In this document: positions 40,800-55,558 of the stretch, piece after piece
Position numbering within the stretch: position 1 is the stretch's first letter
Layout of the letters: each line of letters begins with the position of its first letter
Origin: Eledone cirrhosa
Taxonomy: Eukaryota
Assembly: GCA_964016885.1 (NCBI GenBank)
Contig: OZ024743.1
Location: forward strand, 10,974,001-11,038,000
Length of the DNA: 64,000 bases
Reading direction: 5' to 3'
Notes under the pieces: generated by a model
Told to the model about the DNA's origin: nothing
The model's input: the letters and a program-made list of their open reading frames with translations, nothing else
Databases searched by the model: none
Translations under genes and position numbers: made by a program

Positions 40800-41879
40800 A
40801 AAATAACAGATTAAAGTTTAAGCAAAGAATCGCTGGTTTCACCCGTAACGGGATCTTCTGAAACTAACAAAGTCAATCTGTGAACGCAGAAGTGAATATT
40901 TCAAAAAAAGTTGCAACCGGAGGAAGACAGGAAGACGATACTTTGGTTCGTGGAAACATTCCCTGGCAAAGAACGGGAAAAAACGAATATAATACGTCAT
41001 TATTTGGAGCGGTGAAAAACAATTACACGCAAAGACAAAACCACGTTTATGGTATAAAAGAAGTCGTAGACTAATATTCTACTAGGTGGTTCATAGAGAC
41101 GTTATCTGGCAATGAACGGAAAAAACGAAGATAATACGTCATATGTGGAGCGGGGAGAACAATTGCACGCAAAGACAAAACCGCGTAAACGGTATAACTG
41201 AAGTCGTAGACTAAAATTCTAACTAGGAAACCGAATGATTCTCGGCTTCAGAGTTAAAAATAAAGTAAATAAAATACAGAGGTAATTGAAAAATACATAC
41301 ACGCATCCATATAAATACATACACGCATCCATATACGTACATACACAAGCATACGCGAAAACACTCGCCATAGGTATACAAATACACGCACGTACACGAA
41401 AAAAAGAAAGAAAAACCCGCACGCACATACAGAACCCACGCACATCTGTACCCGCACGCATACGAATGTATACACCAAATACACATACAAATATATATTA
41501 AAAAAATATATATATGTGTGTGTGTGTGTCTGCGTGTATACATATAATTAAATAAACGTATATAAATAAATAAATACGTATATAACAAGCGCACACACAT
41601 ACCTACATGTAAATACACATATGTTCGGAGACGTACGTCAACCAAAACACAAAGTACACATATACACACACCCTACATACGTACGAACCCGCATACTCAC
41701 ACAGACGCAAAACTCACGTATACACATAACCAAAAGCATATGTACCAGAATATATAATATATACGCCATAACATATACAATCAAATATACGTACGAGAAA
41801 GTATACGTACCTTCACAAAACATACAGGTAATATATACTTACCTATACAAATAAGTAATGGTATAAACATAACATATAC

Positions 41880-42562
41880 TTAGCTACCACATCAAGACGT
41901 AAAATATCCGCGTATAGTTCGTACTATCCGTTTGGGTATAATGTGAGGCTGTAATACAAGAAAGTTTTGTGCAATTTATGTTTACAAGCCGAAATTGCCT
42001 CAGATTGTTTGTTTAAGATGTGGTCTTTAGAGTAGAGTATTTCCAGGGCCTCAGCGGCGCAGAGGTCACATGGTCTTTTATTTCCGTTATACGATCTAGC
42101 CCCAGCTAGGATCTCTCAGTGTAACTTATATTGGGTGTGGTTGTCTTTTAGACACCAGATATAAGGTGATAGTGACGTCATATTCCTTCTTAAAGGGTTA
42201 CGAAAAGAATGGGTATGCATGTAAAGACGCTGCTTGAATCTATTGGCGGTTAACCCTATGTAGGCCCTACGGGTCGTGGGTGTTTCAACCTTACATTTGT
42301 AGACAATGTTACTAGAGAGGCATTTCCCGGTTAGGGGGCAGTCAACCCGATTCCTACAAATTCAGTTAGTACTAACTACAGGGTTGCACGTGTTCCTACG
42401 GCTAGGTAGTTTAGCTAAATTTGAAGCTGTGATGTTATGTGCAAGGTTAGGAGTCGTAGAGTAAAAAAATTTAATAGTATTTCTATTAAAAATTTTACTA
42501 TATTTATGTGTAGGGGGAAAATGCTTCGTAATAAGGGAAAGAAAGATCTTAGCTAATGACAT
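41880..42562 (-). mobile_element. Penelope-like element 2, 3' fragment (GIY-YIG)
   Basis: FLSLITKHFPPTHKYSKIFNRNTIKFFYS; GKCLSSNIVYKC..AYIGLTANRFKQR; SLSPYIWCLKDN. Confidence 0.8.
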
Positions 42563-43238
42563 TTGTATATATACATGCATTCATATTTAAGTGTGTAAGG
42601 ATGTTGATATGATCTATGTCTTCTTTTTTTGGTAAGGAGAACATTTTTGTCGCCAGATTTTATTACCTAGGGAGATTAAATACCACACTTCTGGCTGAAA
42701 GCTGACCAGGTTCTCAACTTCATCAAACACTAACGCCGGCCTGTGTGTGTACATATATATGTATGTGTATATACGTGTGTGTGTATGTATGTGTGTGTAT
42801 GTTCACCACCATTGCTTCTTCTTGTCATTTCTGTTGAAGTAGTCCTTCCTTTCATTCGCTTTGATTTCTTTTGATTTTCTTTTATCTCCCTAGGGAATTC
42901 GTTGATAAGCTTCTTTAATTTATTTTCTTTGTTTTCTTCATTCAAATCACTGACTGTCTAAGAGACGTACAAATATGACTTATAAAACTTACCAAACTAA
43001 AGGGGCCTCTAGCGCCCTCAAAGTTTCAAACGCTCCCTTACTGCAAAGCGCCCCCTAACCCACTCTTACTGTACAATGATGGGTTAATAATCTTCCAATA
43101 GAGAATTTAGTAGACCAAAGTTGCAAGATGGTGGCTCTGATGTCGCTGGGTGTCAGATCTGTTCGCCATGGGTGACCCTACCAGGAAATACTTTTCCAGA
43201 CGGCATAGCTCCAACACCTCCAACACCTGCACCAACAT

Positions 43239-46200
43239 CTATAGCACCTCTTTGTAGACGATACTGCGTGTCATCCCTTGAGGAGTGTAAGCAAAAAGTC
43301 CATTCCTGCTCCCTACGCGGGAACAGGCAACATAAAGTTGGCCATGGAAGAACCATGGCTCCCTCAAATGGATGCCCGCCACCGACAATGTTTGCCCTTC
43401 TGAGTTGTTAATGGACATGGCAAAACATGGTCTCACCGGGAATTGGGAACGCCGGAAATCGGACGGGATATCTGACACCGAGGGGAAAAGGTTCATCCTT
43501 GGAATGAAAACATTCTCCCCTCTCCCGCACCCCGTTACAGTGGTGGCCTCAATCAAGTGGGGTGTCAGTGACTTGACGACCATGCGAGTACCGTTGCACT
43601 GCTTTGGTGGACGCAAGTTCCTTATTAGCATAATGGGACAGCCAACCCTAAGCTTAAGAATGTGAGGTGGGACCCCTGGGGGCTCAAGGGAATTTAATAA
43701 CTCAACCGGATAATTAAGATATCGTCGGGGTCTGACGTCCGGTCGATAGATTTGAAGATGTGCTCTTTACCGGGAATCTTCTCAATCAGCTGCTCGTTAA
43801 TAAAATTAACCATCGTATTTCTTGGAGCAAGGATGGCTCTTTCACTGAGCTAATCGAGGTTTTTAAAGTTAGATGAGACATTAGAAAAACTGCTTCCCAA
43901 AGGTCAGAAGGGCTGCTGACAATGTTGCACAGGGAGTCGATTGCTATGCCGACCTTGCCCTCACCAAGTGCTAAAATGTTCTGAGCAAATTCTGCAGACA
44001 TTTTGTCACCATGCAAATGAGCACGCATATTTGTGCTCAGGTACAAACTCTTCACTTGGAGCCACAACATGGACGACTTAAGGTAGGCACGCACTTCATC
44101 AACTCTTGTCCCTTTGAGGATGACAGGCAGCGTTTGCCGAAAATCCCCTGATAGCAGAAGGGTTACGCCACCCATAGGAGCCGTAGAATCCCTAATGTCT
44201 TTCAGGGTCCTGTCCAATGCCTCAAGGGCACCCTTGTGTGCCATTGTGCACTCATCCCAAACAATGAGGCAACATGTTTTGAGAACCAGAGCTTCGTTTG
44301 AACTCTTGCTGATATTGCATGTTGGTGTCTCAGTTTTTACTAAATCCAAGGGGAGTTTAAAGGTTGTATATGCTGTACTGCCTCTCGGCAGCAAAGTAGC
44401 AGCGATCCCGGACGATGCAACGGCCAACGCAATTTTTTTCTCCTGACGAATCTTAGCAAGAATCAATTTCATTACAAAAGTTTTTCCAGTACCTCCAGGA
44501 GCATCGAGAAAGTAAATACCCCCAGTCTGATTTTGAACCGCGTCAATGATAGTTAAATAGGCCAACCTTTGGTCCGACAGAAGTTTGGGCTCATTTCCCT
44601 CTAAGTATTGGGAAAGAGATTCGATGTCATATGCTGTTTCCCGCAACAAATCCGGGGCCAACGTGTTAGCGTCTTCTCTGATGGTTGACGGCAAGCCATA
44701 CGTCGCCAACTCACTCTCACCCATGTCAAGGAGGGCGTCCTCGATATCAATGAGTGCCCTGTTGTACATAATATCGCTGTAACCAACTTCCACTGAAGGA
44801 TACTGCAGATGAGCCAGGCGCAGGAAGTCCTCAGACATGAAGTCTCTGTACTTGACCTATAAAGATTTGGGATCACCCAATTCACACTTCTGAAGCAAAA
44901 TGGCAAAGAGTTCCCGTAGACTTTTAGGTGATTTCAACAAAGCACCCTCTGCTAAAGTGGAATCCCATTGCGAATCATCTTCCAAAAGACCACGCTTAAA
45001 GCAGGCTTCCCGGTACGTATCACATATTTCTCCATCAACAGTTTTGAGGTGCTGAAAACTTTGTGGGCCTACAACTTCATGCAGAAGAAGGCGGAGATGA
45101 AAGCACTCATGCTGTTTGGGGGAACAGTGTAAACCCTTCCAAGACAGCTGTCAAATTTTACACCAGGGTGTCTTTCAACAGCCTGACCTGACTTTCTTCG
45201 CACCCAAGTATTTTTCGACCATATAAAGTAGGATGGAACCTGGGGGTACACAATTGTTTGCGCAAATGTATCAAACTGGCAAAGTTTGAAGAAACCCGTC
45301 AGAGTGGTCTCTTTCGGATCGGCGGCCAACTTGGCGGCGGTTTGGTCTGTAAAGTAAACCCTTTTCCCATTTCCCAAATGTACCGCAAGCTGTACGATGG
45401 CGGGGTGCCGTTGGTGTAGGGGTAAACCAAATAGGCGCCAAAAAGCTTCATTGCTACTGATGTACCGCCCCGCCAAGTATTCTGTGACCTCGTCCCTGCT
45501 ATTTTCAGCTTGAAATGCGAACATTGCGGCATCAAAGCCCTTATTTACATATTTGCATATGTACTTTATCAACTTGACGGAGTTGCAAAACTCAACGTTG
45601 ATTTGGGCGTTGAACATCTTCAAGAGAAGCGGGCAGTAAGGGACCACCCATCTATTGTCGATTTGACCTCCCTTTATTGTTGTGGTGAAGCCACCGTTCT
45701 CGGACCGTCTCCGCCAGTACAGGGGGTACCCGTCGCCACCAGTCTGAGTCTGGTCAACAAATTTTTTGGGGTATCCCTTACTGCACGACCCCCCTTTCAG
45801 ACACGTGTGATGCTCATTAGGACCCGACGCACACGGACCATGTTAGCTTTGACGATGTCATCTAATTCCTGGTCAGTTGCTGAGATTTCAGCCGAAATGA
45901 AGCTGTCTATGGCATTTGAATTGATTTTATCAGCTAACCAAATCAAAATGTGAGCATGTGGCAGCCCTCGTTTTTGCCATTCGACGGTGAACATGTCACA
46001 TTTTACAGCCCCAAATACCTGACCCTTTTTGATTAAAGCCATGAGTTTAGCCAGTTTCAGTCTGAACACTCTGGCAATGAGGTCATGTCTGTTCGAATAA
46101 TTTTGCCCAGGAAAATGTTCACAGGTTACATTCCGATTCATATGTCTATAGCATTAATCTGTTATATGAAATATTATTTTGCGGGTTGTTATTTGCAATA

Positions 46201-46495
46201 AGCCGATTGAAAATGCCCAGATAAGCCGTAAGTCAATACGGAATGCTCAATACGGAACGCTCCACTGCAGTGTTGTCATATAGGGAGTGAAGAGCGACAG
46301 AGAGAGTAAAGCAGTTAAATTATAGAGAGGGGGAATGATCATGATCGATTTTTGCCCTTATTGTTGATGGATTTAAATTTTTTTTTCTTCATGACCTTTT
46401 CCTGACCAAAAGCAATAATTGTCCCGATTTTGAATAGAATCCGTTGGAAATTGTGGACGTGAATACATTACAAACCTTAACACACACATCCTCAG

Positions 46496-46500
<5 letters not shown>
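43239..46500 (-). mobile_element. Decayed autonomous Helitron (HUH Rep + Pif1-like helicase), internally deleted
   Basis: DLIARVF, VEWQKRGLPHAHILIWL, KYICKYVNKG (Rep); [47 protein letters not shown] (helicase). Frameshifts. The 5' end is in (TA)n; no 3' CTAG was found. Confidence 0.92.
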
Positions 46501-46541
<41 letters not shown>

Positions 46542-48625
46542 AGTATTTTTCCCATATCTGTTTTATTTATTTATTTATCTTTCTTTATAATATCTATACA
46601 TTTTTATTTGTTTTATCTTTAAATCAGTTCTTTCCGCAGGTTTGCTCTCAATAACAAGACCGGTCAACTGATTTTGTTTCTCTTGCATCAATGTGCTCTT
46701 CATGAAGCACTTGATTCGCTACCGTACCTAATTAGGTAAAAATATTCACAATAAAATACATACACTTGGCAAACGTATCATCTAACAATTAATTAACAAT
46801 GTTTTCTGTTTCATTTATTATTATTTTAATCATATTAATAAACAATGTACCTTTATAAGTAAAATAATAAACCTGTTTACATTTATTTTAAGTTTGATTA
46901 CTGTCCATCTCTTTATTACACAAGGAAAAAATTCGTGGGAGGGTCTTTTGTACCCAAGTTTTTAAGGTGTCGTTCGTCAAAATACATTTGGAAACACTTT
47001 TTTAATGTATATATATTTATATAAAGTTCGATATATAATATATAACGACCATATGACGCTATGATAGCTCGATAGGAGAATTAAGGTTTTCCGACTTTTG
47101 CATCCTGCGAATATAATAGGAAACCATATCACTAATATTTTGCATAGAATATTCTAATTACGTTAAAAATTCGCAGAAACGGAATAAATATTATACTTAC
47201 ACAGCCACTAATGTTTTACGGGGCTTATATTGTACCAGTTCATACAGCATAATCTATCAACATTAATCGTTGATAAACAATGTTAAATGGTGAAGCTAAG
47301 AGCTGCAATCATCAGTAGACATTTTGAAATACTAGAAAAATATTAGTTCTTAAAGAATGAGAGACCGACCATTGCTCAGGCCACGTGTAGAATAAAAATA
47401 AAATTATAACATTCGACAGAATGTAAGTGGTAAGTTGTAACGAGAGGTGTAGCTCACACTAATACACAAAGCACTGCTTGACCTTGGTATTGAGTACTCA
47501 TTCTTACGTCCGTCAATTTCACACGTATATATATATATAATTTCCTTTTTCTACATTCTACTTTCTGATTAGTTCTAATGCATAATACTAACGTTCAACT
47601 AAGCCAACCTCTGCAACAAGTTCTCGGAAAATAATAATAATGATAATGATAATAATAATATTAAGAGTCGTTTTACATCTATCTGAAACTGATAATGTTA
47701 CATTCTGATTTCTATACTAGCATGGTTTGTATGTTTATACAGTCTCGGCAACACGTCCAGTGTTATTGCCTCTAGCTGCTTACATTTCTATAAAATCTAA
47801 TACTAGTCATTGAATCAAGTAAGTAAAACTTTGACTTAACACCAATAGACTAACCACTAATTGAATTATAAAACCATTTATATATTGCAATTGATATGTT
47901 TATATACCCAAACTTGTAGAGGTTAGTTTCTGTTCAGAATGTTTACATAATTTACATAACATGTGAATTCTTTGTTAATTACTTGAGCTTTTGAAACAAT
48001 TTATAATGAATGTATTTATATATCCAATTAGAACGACTGGAGCCACGAATTGTGTTGAACATTTTCATATTTTATCTGAGAAAGACAGATAGCTAGAATA
48101 GCGACTAGTGTATCGGGATAGAAGAATTTCAACTAGCGATGTTTTTCTTACAATTTGTATAGTTTTTATACTAAGCGATAATATAGTGTTTATGTTCAAG
48201 ATTTTATCCACTTAAAAATAATATTATTAAAGACAATCACGAAAATATTTTAGCTTAATATGCTAGAAATAAGAACCAAATTCAGTTAGTATCACACCCT
48301 AAATTCAATTAAATATTTTAACCGAAATTTAAATACATCTACACATATATACTTTATATTCTTATATCAAAGGTTGAAATTTTACATAACTTAATATTTC
48401 AATTTTCTAACTTTTTTTCACTGTGCAAATACAGTCAATATTGTTAGATACGAAAACGGAATTTTACATTTAAAGAAAAACAACTTCAATATATATGTAA
48501 CATATATATTGAAGTTGCCAGACGTCACAGTTTTGTTACTACATGGAAAACCACCTACAAAAACATCGATACATATGTATACAATATATCGAAACATTAC
48601 TATAACGGCATCATTAAAACATTAT

Positions 48626-48802
48626 TGGCAGTATCGGTAGAGGGTCGGATGCCATGCTTTCCAGCATAGTTACGTCCCTTTACAATCTGAGTTCAAATCC
48701 CGCCGAGGTTGACTTTACCTTTCATCCTTACAGGGTCGATAAAATAAAGTACCAGTAATGCACTGAGTAATTGCTGGCCTTGTGCCTAAAGTAGAAACAA
48801 TT
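48626..48802 (+). mobile_element. SINE family A copy
   Basis: Full A-box/B-box unit ending gaaacaatta. Confidence 0.85.
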
Positions 48803-49757
48803 ATCTTTCCTACTCAGCTCAGACAAGCAAAACCATACACACAAAGAAACAGTCACTTCTTGGACCCTTCGTTGCGACGATCGGAGTACAATGCATGTCT
48901 TCGACAATGGAATACTGTCACTTCTGTAATTTTATCATTCAGCAGGTGTAGTATAGGTGGAAGCTGTCGTAATTCTTCGGTTACTAATTCTACTGTATCC
49001 TAGATTAAGGTACTGTCAGTACCTAGGTAGTTGAGGTGGGTGAGAGACCTCTTCTTCTGTGAAAATGGGTATAGCTTTCATTATGTAAAATCTCACCATT
49101 CTGCCTAATTTCCCTCCGTTTTGAGGCACTCTTTTTCATGGTAGTCCCCATTTCGGTTCTTAGAGGTTGCAGGTCTGTTATCTATCCACCGGGCTTCTAC
49201 ATAATTTTGGTCTACCCACTTTCCCTCACTTGGCTTGGGTCAACACGAGCCAATGGTAAAGTCACCTACCCAATAAGCAGTGGTATCGATCACCAAACTT
49301 CATGATTGCAAAGTAATCTTCATAACCACTCACTCAAGCTTGTCTGTCCACAATTTTATACTATACAGCTTCCAAATTAACAAGATCACAACCACGCAGT
49401 AGTTTGATGTAATAATAGCAATTATATTTTCCTCTAATAACACTTCACCGTTTTAAACAAGGAAGTTCATATTAACTTATAAACAAGGAAGTTCATATGT
49501 AACTCTACACACGGCTGGCTTTAACCTGAGGATAAATATCAAAGACAAATAAAGAACATGGGAATTATCTGTTGCCTCAATAATATAAATCATATTACGA
49601 CTGGTGAAGTGAAAAATACATTGCGTTGAGAATTGAAAACATGTCACAGGTTCAATTACCTACCATGCTACAGTACATTTAGGCAATTTGATTGATAAAG
49701 AACACACACACACATACATACATACCCCCCCTCCCCATATATATATATATATATATA

Positions 49758-50402
49758 GGAAAAGGTTCAGGACCCCGACGGCAGAACTCAAGCCGTTTCG
49801 ACGGCTATTTCTGGACTAAATTAGATTTTTAGCGTGGTAATGATATAGTCGAACTTTTCAAGGAGTAATCCCATATATGGGCATGCGATAATCATGCATT
49901 TCTGAAGGTTGTAGTTGTCAAAAGGATTGGTCGAAGTTTCTTGTAAACACAGTTAAATCTTTCATGGCGGTGGGTAGGAGGTGGGGGTGGCTGAACTTGT
50001 CTGTAGAACAATGAGGGAGTGGGTTAAGCCGGTCAAGCGTTGAAAGTAAGTTCTATACAGCAAATTCTAATTTAGTCCAGAAATAGCCGTCTAAACGGCT
50101 TGAGCTCTGCCGTCGGGGTCCTGAACCTTTTCCTATTACTCACTCTACTACCCAAAGTAGCGAGTACTCTGGTACGTTATGGTCCACCTGGTTCTTTACC
50201 ACACTTCCTTCGTTATATATATATATATATATAGGAAAAAGTATGACCCCGACGGCAGAGCTCAAGCAGAAATAGCCGTCGAAACGGCTGGAGCTCTGCC
50301 GTCGGGGTCATACTTTTTCCTATTAACCACTCTACTACCCTAAGTATTGAGTACTCTGGTGCGTTATGGTCCATCCGGTTCCTTACCACACTTCCTTCGT
50401 TT
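49758..50402. mobile_element. Two fold-back elements in (TA)n carrying the GAAA-stem III-GUC half of a hammerhead
   Basis: 49758-49825 is inverted at 50067-50133, and 50234-50266 at ~50290-50320. Motif GAAA-CGGC-ttgagctct-GCCG-TC-GGGGTC, with relatives at ~18915-18965 and 25137-25195. Confidence 0.6.
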
Positions 50403-50420
50403 TATATATATATATATATA

Positions 50421-51695
50421 TAATTGTTTCTACTTTTGGCACAATGCTAGCAATTAATCCGGTGTATTACTGGTACTTTATTTTATCGACCCCGTATACA
50501 GTACCAGTAATACACTGGGATAATTGCTGGCCTTATATAAATATATATAATTGTTTCTACTTTTGGCACAATACTAGCAATTATTCCAGTGCATTACTGG
50601 TACTTTATTTTATCGACCCCGTAAGGATGAAAGGCAAAGTTAACCTCGGCGGGATTTGAACTCAGACCATAAAGGGACATAACTATGCTAGAAAGCATGG
50701 CGTCTGACCCTCTACCGATACTGCCAATTCACAATAAACATGGATGAGGTGTCAAATTTTCATTATGTTTATTCTCGTGTGATGCGTATTTCGCGATTGA
50801 TCAGCTCAAGTTCAAAGCTATATATATATATTCATATAGTAATATTTCACATGCGTGTGTGTGCTTAGTCAAATGTGCGTAACTGAGTGATCCCATGCTT
50901 ATGTGTGTGTACGTATACAGGCCTGCTTGCCTTGAACCTTTAGCTCCTGATGGAGTTTCAAAGGCGCTGTAGGAACATGGAGTGCATTGGGCATTTAAAC
51001 GTTTGATCACTGCAGTTTCTTCGAGAGAAAGGGAAGAGGGAAAGGGGGAGAAGAAGAAGAAGAAGAAGAAGAAGAAGAAGAAGAAGAAGAAGAAGAAGAA
51101 GAAGAAGAAGAACAACAACAACAACAACAACAATAATAATAATTGTTTCTACTTTTGGCACAAGGCCAGCAATTACTCCAGTATAATACTGGTACTTTAT
51201 TTTATCGACTCCGAAAGGATGAAAGGCAAAGTTAACCTCGGCGGGATTTGAACTCAGACCATAAAGGGCCGTAACTCTTTGCTGCAAAGCATGGCGTCCG
51301 ACCTTGTAGCGATAGTGCCAATTCACAATAATAATTGTTTCTACTTTTGGCACAAGGCCAGCAATTATCCCAGTGTATTACTGGTACTTTATTTTATCGA
51401 CCCCGTAAGGATGAAAGGCAAAGTTAACCTCGGTGGGATTTGAACTCAGAATGGCAAGGGCCGTAACTCTATGCGCCAAAGCATGGCGTCCGACCCTCTA
51501 CCGATACTGCCAATCCACAATAATAATATTAACCATTAATCCCAATACTGAACAGGCAGATTCTTTATATCAACTCCGAAAGTTCGAAAGGCAAACTTTA
51601 CGGTGGTGTATTTGAACTCAGCGTGAAGGGATGCAGAACATACCTCACAAAACATCGCTCTAAACAAGGCTCTAATAACTCTACCAACTCGCCGC
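50421..51695 (-). mobile_element. Cluster of SINE family A copies with (AAG)n/(AAC)n/(AAT)n runs
   Basis: Units at ~50549-50733, 51141-51328 and 51333-51518, a diverged unit at ~51540-51695, and a fold-back fragment at 50421-50534. Confidence 0.85.
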
Positions 51696-52890
51696 CGTAC
51701 ATACAAGTGTATAAATGTATCAATGTTTGTTGGCACGTATGCTGTTTACTGGCTATCAATTATCTCTCGTGTACGGAATTCGGTAAACAAGTGTGTATGT
51801 TAAGTACTTAGTTTCCAGTGTGCTGTAGGTGTGCGCACCAGTACTTTCATAGTATGTAGATAGGTAGGTAGATAGGTGGGATTGTGTGTCGATATCAAAC
51901 GACATTTGCTTACTACAGCTTACATCAGAAGTAATTCAGAGGCCACCACCGCATTATCACAACCACCACTTCCGTACGCACGCGCTTATGTGTCTCTATG
52001 TATGTATGTATGTAAGTATATGTGTGTGTATTTTTGTGTGTTAATAGATACGCGCGTGTCTCTGAATGTATTTGTGTATTTAGCACATCCTTTCAGCCCA
52101 TTAAATCTCATACTGATCTCAATCACACTATATTACATAGACCCTCAATCAAGCGCTACCTCATGATGAGAAGCTGACGCCAAACTGATGATCAGGCCGA
52201 ATCCAGCTTCCGTCAGTTTATGTGTTCTCCGCAGGCAGAAATTGTATGATGAGTTTTCCTAGAGCGGCTTACATTAGTCAGACGAGAATCTCCTTCTAAA
52301 TGGGAAAGTTTGGTCCCGCCATTCGTCTGCCAGCTTCTTTACTTACCAGATGAGAAGGAAAAAAAATGAATGAACAAATAAATAAAGAAATGAAAATAAT
52401 AACCTCACCTATTCCTCGCATCACCCAAACCATCAAAATAGGCTTGTTAATTATCTCTCAGCGTACATTTAATTGAAATATTTCGTTCGAATTGTTTTCT
52501 ACATTTCTTTTCACTACAGTTGACATCATTGATTATTGTGTATTTTTTAAATATTTATATATAAATATACATACTCACAGATACACATATGTATGTATGT
52601 GTGTATGTATGTATATATGTATGTATGTTTGTATGTATGTTTGTATTGTTTTACTAGTTTCTCTACATCTCTCTCCCACCCCTCTTTACCTCCATCTCCT
52701 TTGCCTGTCCCCCCTCACTTTCAATGTTTCTCTTTCTGTTTGCATTTGTCTGTCTTTCTTATCTCTCTTTCTGAAGTTCTCTATCTATTTATCTATCTAT
52801 CTTTCTTTCTACACACACATACACGCGCGCGCGTACACACACACTCATATATATATATACATATATACATATATATTATGTATATATATA

Positions 52891-52947
<57 letters not shown>

Positions 52948-53022
52948 ATATATATGTATATATGTATATATATATATATGAGTGTGTGTGTGCGCGTGTA
53001 TGTGTGTGTGTGTATATGTATG

Positions 53023-53059
<37 letters not shown>

Positions 53060-53383
53060 ATATATATATATATATACCCTTTTATTTATCTAACTAGTCT
53101 GTCTATCTAATTAACTACATATCTTTCACTCCTTACTTTCTCTCCTCCTTTTTATTTTAATGATTTGTTTTTCTTTGGTTTCCTTTTTTTTTTTTACCAT
53201 CATTAGCTAAATATTATTTTTTACCATATTTCTGGATATTACTGTGATTACTTTAATATTTGAGTTCTGTTTCAACATTTACGTATTACCCAGGAAATAA
53301 AAGGTTATTCCACACCTATTTGTTCTTATTTAGCTACAAATCAACTTTAATAGAAAAGAAAAGTTTCATTAATCACAATAGAT

Positions 53384-53905
53384 CAGGGTTTCCCATCCTG
53401 GGCGATATCGCCCCCCGGTGGGCGATTTCAACTATCGGGTGGGCGATGAACGAAGTTTTAGGAAATGGTGGGCGATCTAAAATGTTGGTGGGCGACAAAG
53501 GATTTTCGGTAATTAAGTATGTTATTGATCATATAATGGCTGGTATGCTGTAATGACAGAGCTCGGATTCGCTCTTCCCTAGTGTGTCTGCACTAGCTGC
53601 GTCGCATCAGCCACAAGGATCACACTGAAAACTAAACATGGTGAGTTTGTTGAACATTTAATACATGTATCATTTTTCAATTTTGTTTCATTGAGAAACA
53701 TTTAGCAATCAAAAACTTCCTTCTTCTGAATAACGTTTCAACTCCGAACGCCCATTTTTTCATCTCAATAAATATTTCATTTTTTAAGCAACCGTTCTGA
53801 ATAATGCTTTATTTTTACGTCCTTAAAATTACTGCACAGGTGGGCGATGGGAATTTTTATGTGTGGAAAAGTGGGCGATAACGACAAAAAGGTTGGGAAC
53901 CCCTG
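53384..53905 (+). mobile_element. hAT (Charlie/Buster-type) non-autonomous DNA transposon with 8-bp TSD
   Basis: TIRs cagggtttccca / tgggaacccctg. TSD caatagat at 53376-53383 and 53906-53913. Internal VSALAASHQPQGSH* resembles a Charlie-type transposase C-terminus. Confidence 0.9.
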
Positions 53906-55310
53906 CAATAGATCATCCATTCTCTTTAGAGGTATCATGAAATCATGAACTACATTATCCAACATACCTTTTCATATTTAAGACTTTGGGATATGGTTTC
54001 AAAGATCTTGGCTACTGTTTCTGACAGGTCAAGTGCTTGAATTGAAAGTTCTGTCTTTGTTGATATCTAATCCAAGTAAGCACTGATCTAGAAGACCTTT
54101 CAATAAATACGAATCAACCGTGATTAGGCAATCTTTTATGAAACATTATAAACTCACGTTATCGAATGTATCTTTTTCTTTTGTAATACGGTGATGTCTG
54201 ATTTGAGGGAAATTTGGCTGCTATTTTTAGCTTGTTGACTAAAAAGTGTAAAGACTCATCCGTTTGCTCAAAGTAAGTTGTTTGAAAACAACACTGAAAA
54301 AAGGATCAGTCAAAATGGAACGGTAACTGTCAAGGTAACCCCACGCGGTAGTATAAATCTGCTTTTGGGTCACTACTGAAGAGGAAGGAGTTCCTCTCAA
54401 AATTCAATGATATTGAGTGATTTCTTTAGAGGTGGAAGTAGCATCAGATATTCAGGCATTCTCCTTCGATGTTCAGGGTGTAACGGTGTTAACTTGTCAA
54501 GTTAACATAATGCAGTAGAGCTTCGCCCAAAAGTGAGGCCTCGATGACAAGTGGTGTGACACGGTTGGAGTAAACAGCCGTCACATCACTATTATATTTT
54601 TGTAATACCCTATAAAACATGCGCAGGCATATCCACACACACACACACACACACACACACAAATAAAGACGTATGTAAAAGCATACAAACATTCTATCAT
54701 TCACTCACGGATACAAACACACTCTATCACTCCATCTCTCTAAAAGCGGACCCTATTAAAAAGGGATAATGTAAAAGAAAAAGATATTTACAAATTTAGT
54801 GAATCAGATATAGCATTAATTATGAATTAATTTAAAATTACGAGGCAGGCATTTCGGTCTAGACCAACATACCACAATGACGTCACTGTCATTGACGTAA
54901 AGGTGAGATCTCAAGACTAGCTGGGGCCGTCTTGCTTCATTAATACTTTTCCATCAAATATTAAATTGGCGCCAGACGTTAGGGTATGCTGAATTGGCAA
55001 CTAGCTGAGTTTTGAGAAAAATCTACAAGCTTCTTAAAATGAAGATATGATTTATGTAAATGAAAGACGACTGCTGCTTATAAAGATGATTTAGCAACTA
55101 TACTTCTCTCGTAGCATTACAGAAAATGTTCCCTCCCTATCAAGACCCTAATATAAATGACTAGCTGTTTAATCACCCTGACAAATTTCAACTAGAATCT
55201 ATTGGATAACTAAACTCAGAATTTTGCCCGTGTTTTACTTATATACTTTAGTATAAAGGGTAGTTTAATCAAGGATTTCCTCCACAAACATGCTGTCCCA
55301 CATCTCTACA

Positions 55311-55341
<31 letters not shown>

Positions 55342-55504
55342 CTTCTTCTTCTTCTTCTATTAATGATGATGATGATGATGATGATGATGTAGCTGATGCT
55401 GATGTTGCTGCTTCTACTACTACTACTACTGCAGGTACTGCTGTTGCTGATGATGATGATGGTGGTGATGATGATGATGATGATGATGTTGCTGCTGCTT
55501 CTTG

Positions 55505-55558
<54 letters not shown>
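55311..55558. repeat. Compound trinucleotide microsatellite (TTC/GAT/TAC)
   Basis: Direct reading. Confidence 0.9.

Noticed and set aside
48481-48517. 18-bp-arm perfect palindrome
   Set aside because: Single copy, largely TA-derived, with no associated element.
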